The translations under genes were made by a program, and so were the position numbers. Below are positions 28,522 through 37,918 of a stretch of DNA of 64,000 nt, piece after piece. The notes beneath the pieces were generated by a model. It had not been told where the DNA came from. It saw nothing but the letters and a program-made list of their open reading frames with translations, and made no database searches. Origin of the DNA: Oligoflexales bacterium. GTDB lineage: Bacteria > Bdellovibrionota_B > Oligoflexia > Oligoflexales > RGVZ01. Within the stretch, counting starts at the first letter, position 1, and each line of letters starts with the position of its first letter. The stretch is from NCBI GenBank assembly GCA_947494335.1, contig CANLUT010000002.1:579904-643903 (forward strand), given 5' to 3'.

Positions 28522-31500
28522 TTGTGTCCTCGCCCTGTTCTCGGAAGTTGTTAATTAGCTTTGCAATAGGAAATCCCTGGAGTTTTGGCGTTGGAATCGG
28601 CGCAGACAGAAGTCTTAAATTCACATCTAAGCCAATTTCCCCGTTTTTGATTGGAACGGAAACAAGTTTTACATCACCAAAATTCAAAGCAGTTTTGATT
28701 GCGCTAATCGTCGCATCTCGGTCGCCTGGATCAATGTAATAAAGAATCATTCTCAGTTGGTCTTTTCCGATGGAGGTAATGCTCAGGCCTCCCTGCATGT
28801 CCCCAGTTCTCAAATCATAGTTAAGGTGTGCGGCTGCATCAATTAGCGGATTATTGGATGAGAGTATGTTTTTAGATTTTTTTCTAAGCCCAGGCACAGT
28901 CTTTACTAGCTTCTCGGTATTTATACGAGTTGCGTGAAAGGATGTTTTTAGGCTCGTGGGCCGCTCATCGAATGCGAGCTTGAAGTCAGCGTGAAGCTTT
29001 CCTCCTAAAAAGGATGCAACCGCATTGTTAATCGCAAGTTGGTTTTGTGTTAGCTCCAGATCAACTTCGATGTTTTCGATATTTAGATTCATGGCCCGAG
29101 CTGATCGTACTTTTATGGGTCTTCTTTGGGTATAAAACTCACGAAAGTTCGCGTAGTCTTGATTGAGTGTAATTCGCGTGTCGCCTGTTACGGCTGGTTT
29201 AATTCGTGTTAGATAATTATTGGCCTCATTAATTACGGCATCGTCGTCGATGGCGCCTAATTCTGTTTGGGTGCCATCGTCGGCTGTTGTGTTACGATCT
29301 TGCTTGGTTGGGGTAGTGCTGAATTTTTTAAATGATGAGATCTGAATTGCTTGCTGGAGGGGGATTGTGCCTGAAATGTCTTGAATCTCGGCGCTTATAT
29401 TTGGACTGTCTTGGGACTGAAATGAAGCGCTGACGTTTTGCAGGTCAATTAGCGCGGTCAGGTTGGCTGTGTCCATATCCGAAGATGAGATGAGGACATC
29501 TGTCTTGACGGAGCCCTTTGCATCAAATCCTTTAACAAACCCTCTAGGGATATCATCAACCGATACTTTAGTTTTCACATTGAAACTTGTCGGCTGCTGC
29601 TCATCATCTAATGTCAGCTCAGCTGCTGATTCGACTGCGGTGGCCAAGTCTGGCAGCGCGATCTTTAGGCTTTGAATGTTGAGATTGCGCAGGGAGCTTG
29701 TGTTTCCTGATGAGGTAAGTTTTATGTTTGTGAGTGGTTTATTAAGCGCAGATGGGATATCCACTCTCCCAACTGAAAACTCTGCATTAAAGGACGTTTT
29801 GATGGAGTTTAAAATCTTAGCGAGGCTATAGGATAAGTTGGCGTTGCTTACTAAATTAGTTTTTAGATCAACCCCATGAACGCGAACTTCGTGAGTTTTC
29901 TTCGCCTTACCTTCAATTTGTGCGCCAGCCACGTCAATTGTTTGGCGGATGCTAGTTGAGAGTTTTCTTTCCGATCCGTCGATATTGAGACTGTAACCTG
30001 CCTTTTTTACGAATGCTCGATTGGCTGGGATTGCGAGCGAAAGATCCGTTATAGTTAAGGCGGTTTCGTGCCTTAGCTTTAGTGCATTTGTTTTTGGATT
30101 GAAATGACCTTTTCCGTCAATGAGGCCGGATCCTTTTATTTCCGACTTGAATGCAAGTTGGCCCTTTATGTCTTCTGGCACAAATTTAGGAATCAGCATT
30201 CTCGACGCATTTGCTTTGATTTGGGACCAAATTTTCTCGAATGATGGTATCGCGGCTTCGTTGGTCACTTCAAAGGTTTGACAGCCGTCATTGCATTTGG
30301 CAATTAGTTGTTGGGATAGCAACTCACCTAATTTGAGTCTCTGATGCAGAAATAGGGATCTGAGGCTATCTGCACTGTCGGCGTCCACCTCGAAAGAAAA
30401 TGGCACGCTTACAGGTTCAAAGGAGTCTCCCTCAACTCCAACGTTTCCAATATTGATAGCTAACTTTGAGGTGGCTGTTGTCGGCAGGGGGAAATGAAGG
30501 CCGTTGGTCATTGAGGCTGTGATATTACGAAGGTAAGCGGTATTGTTTTGGTTTTCTTTTTTGAAACGGAAGTTTAGTGATTCGAGGCTATGACTCATCT
30601 TTGATGAGATTTGGATATTGTCAGTCTCTTTTCTGTTTTCTTCGAACTGGTAAGCAAAGTTGTAGTTAGCCATCGATAAGCCCATCGAAGGAAGTGATGC
30701 TTGCAATTTTTTTCCTTCGATCACAGCGGATGTTATGTTTGGCATTAATAGGTAGAGTTTTGATTCAGATATATTTTGGGCGACCTGATCAGGTCTTACA
30801 TTGCCAGCGATTTTGCTGATAGCGATATTTATTTCTCCGTCTGATTTTAATTCAAAAGGTAGCAGTTTTGACAGATTGCTGGGTAGTTTCATGGTTAATC
30901 TAGTTTGGTGGCTTGCCGAATAGCTGAGGATTTTGTCGTCTTCTGAGTTTGGATATATCGAGAGATTTGTTTCGGATCTGAGGAGCTCATCCAATATTTT
31001 TAATCTTATTTTTCTTATATCAAATCCGCCTAGTTTCTCATTGGCCACCATTTGAAGACTTAAGTTTGAGCTAAGCTTATCGGTCAGAATATTATTCATG
31101 GCTAGATTCTGTAGGCTTATGCCCAACTCTGCATCTAGATGGCGCCAGTATGCCGATAGGTTTACTAAAGCCGATAAGTCAGTCAAAGTGACTTTTTTTC
31201 CGTCTTGAAGAATGTTGACGTCTAGATGTTGGATCCCGATTTTTGTTGCTTTTATGCGGATTGGTATCCAAAACATTTTGGATAGACTTCTTATGACTCC
31301 GCCAATCGGTACGGATTCACTCGAAGCTCCAGGCTGTTGTGGTTGTGATTTACCCGATTTAATTCTGTAAAGAGTGATTCCTTGGAATTCGGATTTGGCG
31401 TAGTCACCATTTACTGCGATTATTCCGCCATGTATCTGGGCTCGCGTAATTCGCAGGGTGCCATAGAGAAGTGCCCAAAGATTGTAATGTAGCCTAAACT

Positions 31501-31813
31501 CTTTTATGTGTATGAACTCTTTAGCCGGGATCTGACGCACAGTTCCGTCGATTTGTGGTGGTTGAAATTTTATGTTCCTACCTGTAAATCCTCGGAACGC
31601 ATTGAAGTCCAATGCTTCAATAGCAAGTTTTCCACCGGTCTCTTCGGCAACACTTTTCTCCAGGAGACGGAGCACTTTTTGAGTGTCAGTCACCAGATAA
31701 AGAGTCACGGCTAATGTTATGACGATGGTCGCTCCAGCTGCGAACAGCGCAAGCAACCAGCGAAGTATTGTTCGCCACACGTTTAACGCTCCTAAGAGAG
31801 CCGTAAATATCAA
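28505..31813 (-). CDS. AsmA-like / YdbH-like large inner-membrane-anchored envelope protein
   Basis: 1102 aa with a single N-terminal TM (LLALFAAGATIVITLAVTLYLV). The remainder is long, beta-rich and repetitive. The assignment rests on this architecture and on synteny with the ydbL-like gene, not on a motif. TTG start as in the ORF track. Confidence 0.5.
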   Translation of the reverse strand: MIFTALLGALNVWRTILRWLLALFAAGATIVITLAVTLYLVTDTQKVLRLLEKSVAEETGGKLAIEALDFNAFRGFTGRNIKFQPPQIDGTVRQIPAKEFIHIKEFRLHYNLWALLYGTLRITRAQIHGGIIAVNGDYAKSEFQGITLYRIKSGKSQPQQPGASSESVPIGGVIRSLSKMFWIPIRIKATKIGIQHLDVNILQDGKKVTLTDLSALVNLSAYWRHLDAELGISLQNLAMNNILTDKLSSNLSLQMVANEKLGGFDIRKIRLKILDELLRSETNLSIYPNSEDDKILSYSASHQTRLTMKLPSNLSKLLPFELKSDGEINIAISKIAGNVRPDQVAQNISESKLYLLMPNITSAVIEGKKLQASLPSMGLSMANYNFAYQFEENRKETDNIQISSKMSHSLESLNFRFKKENQNNTAYLRNITASMTNGLHFPLPTTATSKLAINIGNVGVEGDSFEPVSVPFSFEVDADSADSLRSLFLHQRLKLGELLSQQLIAKCNDGCQTFEVTNEAAIPSFEKIWSQIKANASRMLIPKFVPEDIKGQLAFKSEIKGSGLIDGKGHFNPKTNALKLRHETALTITDLSLAIPANRAFVKKAGYSLNIDGSERKLSTSIRQTIDVAGAQIEGKAKKTHEVRVHGVDLKTNLVSNANLSYSLAKILNSIKTSFNAEFSVGRVDIPSALNKPLTNIKLTSSGNTSSLRNLNIQSLKIALPDLATAVESAAELTLDDEQQPTSFNVKTKVSVDDIPRGFVKGFDAKGSVKTDVLISSSDMDTANLTALIDLQNVSASFQSQDSPNISAEIQDISGTIPLQQAIQISSFKKFSTTPTKQDRNTTADDGTQTELGAIDDDAVINEANNYLTRIKPAVTGDTRITLNQDYANFREFYTQRRPIKVRSARAMNLNIENIEVDLELTQNQLAINNAVASFLGGKLHADFKLAFDERPTSLKTSFHATRINTEKLVKTVPGLRKKSKNILSSNNPLIDAAAHLNYDLRTGDMQGGLSITSIGKDQLRMILYYIDPGDRDATISAIKTALNFGDVKLVSVPIKNGEIGLDVNLRLLSAPIPTPKLQGFPIAKLINNFREQGEDTNDSAH

Positions 31814-31914
31814 GGATAATTAAAGTATATCAGTTTTCGGCGGGGGCACGTAGAGGCGCTACTAGGCTGAAATGCTCACCTTACAACGGTTTGACTTGTC
31901 TACAGATAGGTCAA

Positions 31915-33003
31915 CTATTTCTGGTTATTCCAAAAGCGAACTGACCATGGAGAGCGCTCAACAGCCTTAATTCCCATGCTCGAAGCAGTTTTAAGGATGG
32001 CCTCAAAGTCGTGACTGATGGTTGCTCCAGCTTTTTGAGTGACCTCGTCTTCTGTGGGCAAATCAAAATCATTGGCCCCAAAGTTGAGACCAAGTAATGC
32101 ATCAGCATTCTTGGTGAGAACAGATGTGCGGATATTTCGAATGTTGTGGAGGTAGATACGACTAACAGCCAACCAGCGAAGATATTCGTTCGTTGAAATT
32201 TCATTTCCACCGAACTCATTGTTCCAAGGCTTGTAGGTCCAACATAGAAAGCTTGCGAGTGTACCACCGACGCGGTCTTGGAACGCTCGCAGAGACTCCA
32301 AATGATTTAGTCGTTCATCCAGTGTTTCGTCAAAGCCAATAACCATGGTCGCTGTTGAGCCCATTCCGGCCCGCAAGATGGCCTCTTGGCCATTAAAGTA
32401 ATCCTCAACCGTGAATTTTCCTGGGCTGTGACGCTTGCGGAAACTATTATCCATTATTTCTGCGCCGCCTCCAGTAACCCAGCGCGTACCGCTTGCCGCA
32501 AGGATCTGAGCGCCTTCGTCGTAACTGAGTTTCGACACCTTGCAAGAGAACATAAACTCAGCAACGGTCATCTCGTAAAACTCAAGGTCAGTGTAGCGTC
32601 TTCTCACTTCTGAGAATAGTTGCGCGTAGTCGGTGATCTTTAGTTTTGGATGAAAACCACCGTTGAAGCCAACCAGTTTTCCGCCGAGCTGCACGAGTGC
32701 ATTAATTTTCTCGCACACTTGATCAGTACTTAGAAGGTATGTGTCCTTAGCGTGAGGTAGTCTATAAAAAGAGCAGTAGTCACATTTGGCAACGCATACA
32801 TTGGTGTAATTGACGATCGCCATGATCAGGTAGCTTGCTTCGTCTAGCGAATGAAATCGCGATTTGACGGATGTTGAGAGTTCGCTCAGTTGCTCGTCTG
32901 TGGCTTCAAGGAAGAGAAAGCCAGCGTCCTGGCGTGTTATCGGTAAGCCAGACAAAACCTTCTTTTCAATTTGATCCAGGACAGCCATGACGCTTGTTCT
33001 CAT
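31915..33003 (-). CDS. Radical-SAM futalosine-pathway enzyme (MqnE/MqnC, CofH-like family)
   Basis: CVAKCDYCSFY is a CX3CX2C radical-SAM site. The size (362 aa) and the remaining pattern (GGFHP, TATMVIG) fit aminofutalosine synthase or cyclic dehypoxanthinyl-futalosine synthase. Confidence 0.8.
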   Translation of the reverse strand: MRTSVMAVLDQIEKKVLSGLPITRQDAGFLFLEATDEQLSELSTSVKSRFHSLDEASYLIMAIVNYTNVCVAKCDYCSFYRLPHAKDTYLLSTDQVCEKINALVQLGGKLVGFNGGFHPKLKITDYAQLFSEVRRRYTDLEFYEMTVAEFMFSCKVSKLSYDEGAQILAASGTRWVTGGGAEIMDNSFRKRHSPGKFTVEDYFNGQEAILRAGMGSTATMVIGFDETLDERLNHLESLRAFQDRVGGTLASFLCWTYKPWNNEFGGNEISTNEYLRWLAVSRIYLHNIRNIRTSVLTKNADALLGLNFGANDFDLPTEDEVTQKAGATISHDFEAILKTASSMGIKAVERSPWSVRFWNNQK

Positions 33004-33266
33004 AAAATAGTGGTCGCAACAGTCACAAAATAGCTGGATAGCAGGGGTTTGCCACTGAATTTTTCAAGAAATTTTTAAGAATTTATTTAATCATTTTCTA
33101 TCGAGCTATTAATATCGATGCAGTATGTGTTTAAAAAACTAAGGAATTCATGCATTTAAAAGAAAATGGGGGCTTGCATGTTGCCGACAAAGCCACTAGA
33201 AACTCGGCGTTCGATGGGCAGGGTGCCCCCAGTAGTATTACTTTTAATCGAAGGAGAACGCACACG

Positions 33267-33746
33267 ATGGATCTGCTTCACTTCATGAAAGAGGAGTATT
33301 CGGCAATTAGGTCCGAATTTCCGGCGCTGGTTGCCAATGATATCCCGCAAGTTTTGTCGGGTAAGGCGCTTGATCAGTTTATGACGCGTGTTGAGCTTGT
33401 GACTAGAGTTGGCGGCGAGCTTGTGATTCCAGAGTTGGTCGATGCAGGCCGGGGAGCTTCTGCTGCGGCAATGCTGGCAGAAGAGCAAACCAAAGTGATT
33501 CGTCGCTTGGTTGCATCTTACAGCAAGCACCGGGAGCTTCCAGAGCCGAAAATTATTGAGATATTTCGGAAGGTTGGCCGACACCTAGACCAGATGGAAA
33601 AGGTTGTTCTGCCATTGGTTCGAGAGCTTATTCCCACGGCAGTCCGCGAGGAAATCGGCGAGATCGCATTGGATTACCGCGAAGACTTGGCGGCAGTTAA
33701 TGTGAAACCGGCTAGCAGCAAGCTCAAGACCACAATAAGCGCTTGA
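33267..33746 (+). CDS. Hypothetical protein (weakly hemerythrin-like helical protein)
   Basis: Start set to ATG 33267, preceded by AAGGAGAA 8 nt upstream. The MDLLHFMKEEYSAIRSEF... and HLDQMEKVVLPLV pattern only loosely resembles the HHE domain. Confidence 0.45.
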   Translation: MDLLHFMKEEYSAIRSEFPALVANDIPQVLSGKALDQFMTRVELVTRVGGELVIPELVDAGRGASAAAMLAEEQTKVIRRLVASYSKHRELPEPKIIEIFRKVGRHLDQMEKVVLPLVRELIPTAVREEIGEIALDYREDLAAVNVKPASSKLKTTISA

Positions 33747-33875
33747 CCGTGCTGAAAGTTTTGGGGTATCAGAGGTGTCTTCAACTTGCGCGGAATGTCT
33801 TGGTTAGACCCAAGGCGGAGTAGTTTAAGTCGTTGATTTTGTGAGAAGAATGTATTCGATATTTTGGGTGAGTCC

Positions 33876-34280
33876 ATGAAAAATCTGATTATCAATAAGT
33901 TTGAAAAGCGCGTGTTCAAAGACGTTAAGCCTCTACCTGAGTTCCGCTCTGGTGACACAGTTCGCGTCCATTACAAAATTCAGGAAGGCGCTGATGCTTC
34001 CAAGTTTCGTATTCAGACCTACGAAGGTGTCGTCACTCGTTACCGCAAAGGTACTGCAGGCGGATCTTTCACTGTAAGGAAAATCTCCGCAGCAGGCGTT
34101 GGTGTCGAGCGCGTATTCCCAACGATGAGCCCCCTCGTCGATAAGGTTGAAATTGTGGCGCAAGGCCGCGTTCGTCGCAGCCGTCTTTATTATCTTCGTG
34201 ATCTCTCTGGTAAGGCTGCTCGTATTCGTAGCCGTTACTTGGGTGGTGAGAGCGAAGTCCAAGCTAAGACTGAAGGATAA
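33876..34280 (+). CDS. rplS: 50S ribosomal protein L19
   Basis: [16 protein letters not shown]...RIQTYEGVV...[16 protein letters not shown] is the L19 signature. ATG at 33876. Confidence 0.9.
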   Translation: MKNLIINKFEKRVFKDVKPLPEFRSGDTVRVHYKIQEGADASKFRIQTYEGVVTRYRKGTAGGSFTVRKISAAGVGVERVFPTMSPLVDKVEIVAQGRVRRSRLYYLRDLSGKAARIRSRYLGGESEVQAKTEG

Positions 34281-34305
34281 TTCGGCGTCGTTTATTTTAC
34301 GTATG

Positions 34306-34338
34306 AAAGCCCCGCTGCATTGGTCAGCGGGGCTTTTC
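34306..34338 (+). terminator. Rho-independent terminator after rplS
   Basis: AAAGCCCCGCTG-cattggt-CAGCGGGGCTTTT: a 9-12 bp GC-rich stem followed by a T-tract. Confidence 0.7.
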
Positions 34339-34358
34339 TATTCCCAGTTAGCAATCTT

Positions 34359-34865
34359 TCAGTCGGCAAGAATGTTGGGCCAGCGATAAGCTGTCAGCTC
34401 TTGTTTCCAACTGTAAATATCGATGGCAATAAGATCGACGCTGATCGTTTGACAATGGCGTCCCTGACGCGGAGGTTGACTAGCCACGTAAGCCATTCCG
34501 CGATGAAGAGACTGCTGTTTGCTGCGATTCATCCAAGATGCCGTCGTGTTCATATCTGGAGGCTCTGATGGGTTTAGTCTGGTCTTGATCTCAAGGATCT
34601 GAATCGATTTCATTCGCTGTAATACGATATCAAGTTCAAACCCTGTGTGACGAAGATTACGGAATAGCAAAGTAAACCCATCCTGTTCGGCCCATTTGGC
34701 CACAATGTTTTCCCCCAGTTGACCTAATGATTTCTGATCGAGTTTTTTTAATGTCAATTCAGACCAGCGATGACGCATGGAGACAGATTCAATGGCAGCA
34801 TTTCCTAACCAAAACGCATGCCGAGTCTGCGACTGATAGTGATCTATCATTGTAGAGAATTCCAA
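34359..34865 (-). CDS. YraN-family (UPF0102) endonuclease-like protein
   Basis: GQLGENIVAKWAEQDGFTLLFRNLRHTGFELDIVL fits the YraN pattern, and it sits in the classic position downstream of rnhB. The start is uncertain; an internal ATG at 34778 is also possible. Confidence 0.6.
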   Translation of the reverse strand: MEFSTMIDHYQSQTRHAFWLGNAAIESVSMRHRWSELTLKKLDQKSLGQLGENIVAKWAEQDGFTLLFRNLRHTGFELDIVLQRMKSIQILEIKTRLNPSEPPDMNTTASWMNRSKQQSLHRGMAYVASQPPRQGRHCQTISVDLIAIDIYSWKQELTAYRWPNILAD

Positions 34866-34878
34866 CGTTTTGAAAACG

Positions 34879-35526
34879 TCACGGGTTTGTGACGATGTCT
34901 CTTATCGGAGCAAAATTTCGACGGTGTAAATCACAGATTCCGTGGGAGTGAATGGCCGCAATATGATCGGCTGTGCCGTAGCCAACGTGGCGATCAAAAC
35001 CCCATTGGGGATGAAGGGCAGCCTGAGTTTGCATCAATTGATCGCGAAACTCTTTGGCAACAATTGAAGCTGCTGCGATGGAGTAACAGAGGCTATCACC
35101 CTTTACGACAGTGACCTGACGGAGGGTTTGATTCGCAATCTTTTGATTGCCGTCAACCAATAGGACTCCAGGCTTTTCTGACTTCAAGCTATCTATTGCG
35201 CGGTTCATGGCGAGGAACGTCGCTGGTAGAATACCGTGTCCCTCAATTTCTCTTTCTGATGCTAGACCAATAGCCTTGCCGATACTGATCTCATCAATCA
35301 GTTGGATAAGTTCTGCTCGTTGTTTTGCAGACAAAGTTTTGCTGTCGCGAATTCTTGCTTTTGTTTTGGTATCGAGGCTGTCAAGCCGAGTGTAATCAAG
35401 CATCACGCAGGCTGCGACGACTGGACCTGCGATACAGCCGCGCCCCACTTCGTCGACGCCAGCCGGGTCTAGGCCTTGATCTAGCCAAAAGCGTTCGATC
35501 GCGCCTTTTTCTTTGGGCACTACCAC
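34879..35526 (-). CDS. rnhB: Ribonuclease HII
   Basis: GVDEVGRGCIAGPVVAA, DSKTLS and ASIVAK motifs. Confidence 0.9.
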   Translation of the reverse strand: MVVPKEKGAIERFWLDQGLDPAGVDEVGRGCIAGPVVAACVMLDYTRLDSLDTKTKARIRDSKTLSAKQRAELIQLIDEISIGKAIGLASEREIEGHGILPATFLAMNRAIDSLKSEKPGVLLVDGNQKIANQTLRQVTVVKGDSLCYSIAAASIVAKEFRDQLMQTQAALHPQWGFDRHVGYGTADHIAAIHSHGICDLHRRNFAPIRDIVTNP

Positions 35527-35546
35527 GTCGACTTGAGTCCTGTTAA

Positions 35547-35873
35547 TTAGAGAGCCTTAGTCAGCATATCGACCAGTTTAGCCTTTGGCACTGCGCCAAC
35601 AGCGCTATCGACAACTTTACCGTTTTTCATGATGACAAGATATGGAATCGAGCGGACGCCAAATTGTGACGGTGTATTGGCATTTTCATCGACATTCATC
35701 TTCGCAATCGTAACTTTACCTTTAAACTCTTCTGCGAGTTGCTCGAGAGTTGGCGCGATGGCAACGCAAGGGCCGCACCATGGAGCCCAGAAGTCCACCA
35801 GAACCGGAACTGAAGATTTTACTACAGCAGACTCGAAGTTTGAGTCTGTAACGTTAATGGTATTCTGACCCAT
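35547..35873 (-). CDS. trxA: Thioredoxin
   Basis: 108 aa with the WAPWCGPC active site. Confidence 0.92.
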   Translation of the reverse strand: MGQNTINVTDSNFESAVVKSSVPVLVDFWAPWCGPCVAIAPTLEQLAEEFKGKVTIAKMNVDENANTPSQFGVRSIPYLVIMKNGKVVDSAVGAVPKAKLVDMLTKAL

Positions 35874-35991
35874 GATGATGTCTCCAAATGAAGTACTTTG
35901 AACGCTTATTCAAACCAAGACGAAGCCTTTTGTAAAGCGACGATCGACATAAAAACAACAAACTGCTCAAAAAAAAGGCTGATTGTTATAA

Positions 35992-37017
35992 TTAGCTGAC
36001 TTTAACAGTTAATCCAGGGCCACCAACCACCACATCCATGACCTGGCCCCCGGCATTTGTCATAGCTTTTGAGACTTTTTCCGTGAGTTCGCGCGGACAG
36101 AAGACACCCATGACACCACCGCCGCCCGCACCGCAAACTCTCGTAAACATCGCACCGGCATCCTTGGCTGCGATGTCAACCCGTTTTGTTTCCTCGGTTT
36201 CAATCTTAGGCCAAAGTGCGGTTCTTAGCAGCCACTCGCGTTTAGACGCAGCAATCGCCTCTTTCCACATTTTTTTGGAGACCGCTTCGGCGCAATCAGC
36301 AGCTTCGTGGCCAATGGCGGCAATTTTTTCGAGAAGTCCTTGGTCACCATCGAAGATGCGCTTGAAAATTTCCCAGTTGTTAATGGCGCTGGCTCTTGAT
36401 TTGCCGCTGTAGCAGCAAATCAGGTTAAAGTCCTGCCCCTCCCAGATTGAACCTGGAAGCGTGGTAACAGTTGTGCGCCCAAACGGAAATTCGATGATGT
36501 TTATGCCACCACGCATGCCGCCCCAGTAGTCTTGAACGCCGGTTGGCGCATGTATGACTCGCGACTCCACGTCTTGGGCCGTTCGGACCAGCTCAAACTC
36601 ATCGGGAATTTTATAGGATGGTTCAAACTGTTTGCGCGCTTGAGCAATTGCTCCAACGAATGCGACAGAGAGGCAGCTAGATCCCCCTAAACCTGCTCCA
36701 GCCGGTGATCTTGCGCTGGTTTTGATTTTTATCGCTGGGAGATTCTTGTTCCAAAATGCGCTTAGCAGAAGCGAGAAAAGGCGAAGCTTTGATGAACTGA
36801 TAATTTGTTCAAAAGTCCCGCTATCAGAAATTTTTTGGTCAGTACTTTCAAAATAAAACAATTTGTCAGGAGAGGGTGTCATTTCAACAGAGGCTTCGAG
36901 ACTCACGGCAACGTTGACGGTCGCTTTGCGGTCCAAAAGGTTATGAATGGGCCAAAGGTCAATTGTTCCTCCCGCTAGGTCGACGCGAGTGGGTGCAATG
37001 GAGTTGATTTTGAACAT
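35992..37017 (-). CDS. GHMP-family sugar kinase (HddA/fucokinase-like)
   Basis: N-terminal APTRVDLAGGTIDLWP and the GHMP ATP motif SPAGAGLGGSSCLSVA. Confidence 0.7.
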   Translation of the reverse strand: MFKINSIAPTRVDLAGGTIDLWPIHNLLDRKATVNVAVSLEASVEMTPSPDKLFYFESTDQKISDSGTFEQIISSSKLRLFSLLLSAFWNKNLPAIKIKTSARSPAGAGLGGSSCLSVAFVGAIAQARKQFEPSYKIPDEFELVRTAQDVESRVIHAPTGVQDYWGGMRGGINIIEFPFGRTTVTTLPGSIWEGQDFNLICCYSGKSRASAINNWEIFKRIFDGDQGLLEKIAAIGHEAADCAEAVSKKMWKEAIAASKREWLLRTALWPKIETEETKRVDIAAKDAGAMFTRVCGAGGGGVMGVFCPRELTEKVSKAMTNAGGQVMDVVVGGPGLTVKVS

Positions 37018-37063
37018 TTTTAATTCCCCATGTTTTTATGTGGTAAAATTGTAACATGACAAA

Positions 37064-37630
37064 ATGGGTGACGCTCTTGTGTGGAGTGAGGTTCAGTTGA
37101 CTATAAAGCATTTATTTGACCAAAAACGCATGCGCGTCTGTCATTGGAACGCAACTCCAGGATTTATTTCTGCAGCTTCTGCTGCCATCGAGCATCACCT
37201 TAAACTTTTAATAAAATTAGATATGGTTGAGGTGCGTTCGCTAGACGACCCCAACCTAAGGCCGGCTGATGTGCTGTTTATTTCAGCAGATGGTATTGAG
37301 GACGAACAGTATCCCGTATGGCTAAAAGGTATAAGTACTCGAATTCCCAAGGCTCACGGCATTCCTGTACCTACGATTATTTTTGGTAATATTTCGTCGG
37401 CTGTCCAGTCAGAGATTCTGCGATGGGCAGTTGAAGGCAATTGGTATTTTGATATTGTCGACCCCGGCCATGTCTCAAGCTTAACTGTGCGTGTTGCCAA
37501 CTTCCTAAGGGTTCATGATCACCTTCATGAGATCCGGCGCATGAGTATCGCCAGCAAGACTTTGGAGGACAAGGTTGCGGACATGGAAAAACAAATTGAG
37601 CAAATATTGAAAGGCCCCACCAAGCCGTGA
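37064..37630 (+). CDS. Hypothetical protein (receiver-like fold with C-terminal coiled coil; weak)
   Basis: 188-aa ORF. VLFISADG and PTIIFGN resemble CheY beta3/beta4, followed by a helical tail. Its stop overlaps the next start (GTGA). Confidence 0.45.
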   Translation: MGDALVWSEVQLTIKHLFDQKRMRVCHWNATPGFISAASAAIEHHLKLLIKLDMVEVRSLDDPNLRPADVLFISADGIEDEQYPVWLKGISTRIPKAHGIPVPTIIFGNISSAVQSEILRWAVEGNWYFDIVDPGHVSSLTVRVANFLRVHDHLHEIRRMSIASKTLEDKVADMEKQIEQILKGPTKP

Positions 37631-37917
37631 CCATGATTGACGCCAAAAATATGTCCGACGAAGGTTTAATCGCACATTATGTGATTGAGCTTCTTGGAGC
37701 CGGACATTTCCTGTCCCATGATGACTACGCGCGGCTTGGAAAGTGGCGTGAACTGTCTTCGTCAACTGATGAGCTGCTTCTCGTCTTAGATGAAGTCCTG
37801 TCCGCAAAAATTATGAAATCTCGTCAAAAGGGCAAAAAAGTTTTTTCTCTCTCCTCGATCAGCAAAACTATGGAAAAAAGGCTGAGTGAGCGAAAAATGC
37901 TCGTTCAAGGGGCTTAA
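37627..37917 (+). CDS. Hypothetical small protein
   Basis: 96-aa ORF, translationally coupled on both sides. Alternative ATG at 37633. No family recognised. Confidence 0.4.
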   Translation: MTMIDAKNMSDEGLIAHYVIELLGAGHFLSHDDYARLGKWRELSSSTDELLLVLDEVLSAKIMKSRQKGKKVFSLSSISKTMEKRLSERKMLVQGA

Positions 37918-37918
37918 C

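Noticed and set aside
33156-33584. 142-aa minus-strand ORF overlapping the 33267-33746 gene.
   Set aside because: The plus-strand frame has a strong AAGGAG RBS and a more protein-like helical composition. The minus frame has no RBS and a Cys/Arg/Leu-rich, antisense-like composition. Confidence in either frame is still modest.
37039-37050. Extended -10-like TGGTAAAAT in the 46-bp divergent region between the GHMP kinase gene and the 37064 gene.
   Set aside because: It would leave only a roughly 8-nt leader, and there is no matching -35. The evidence is too weak to report as a feature.
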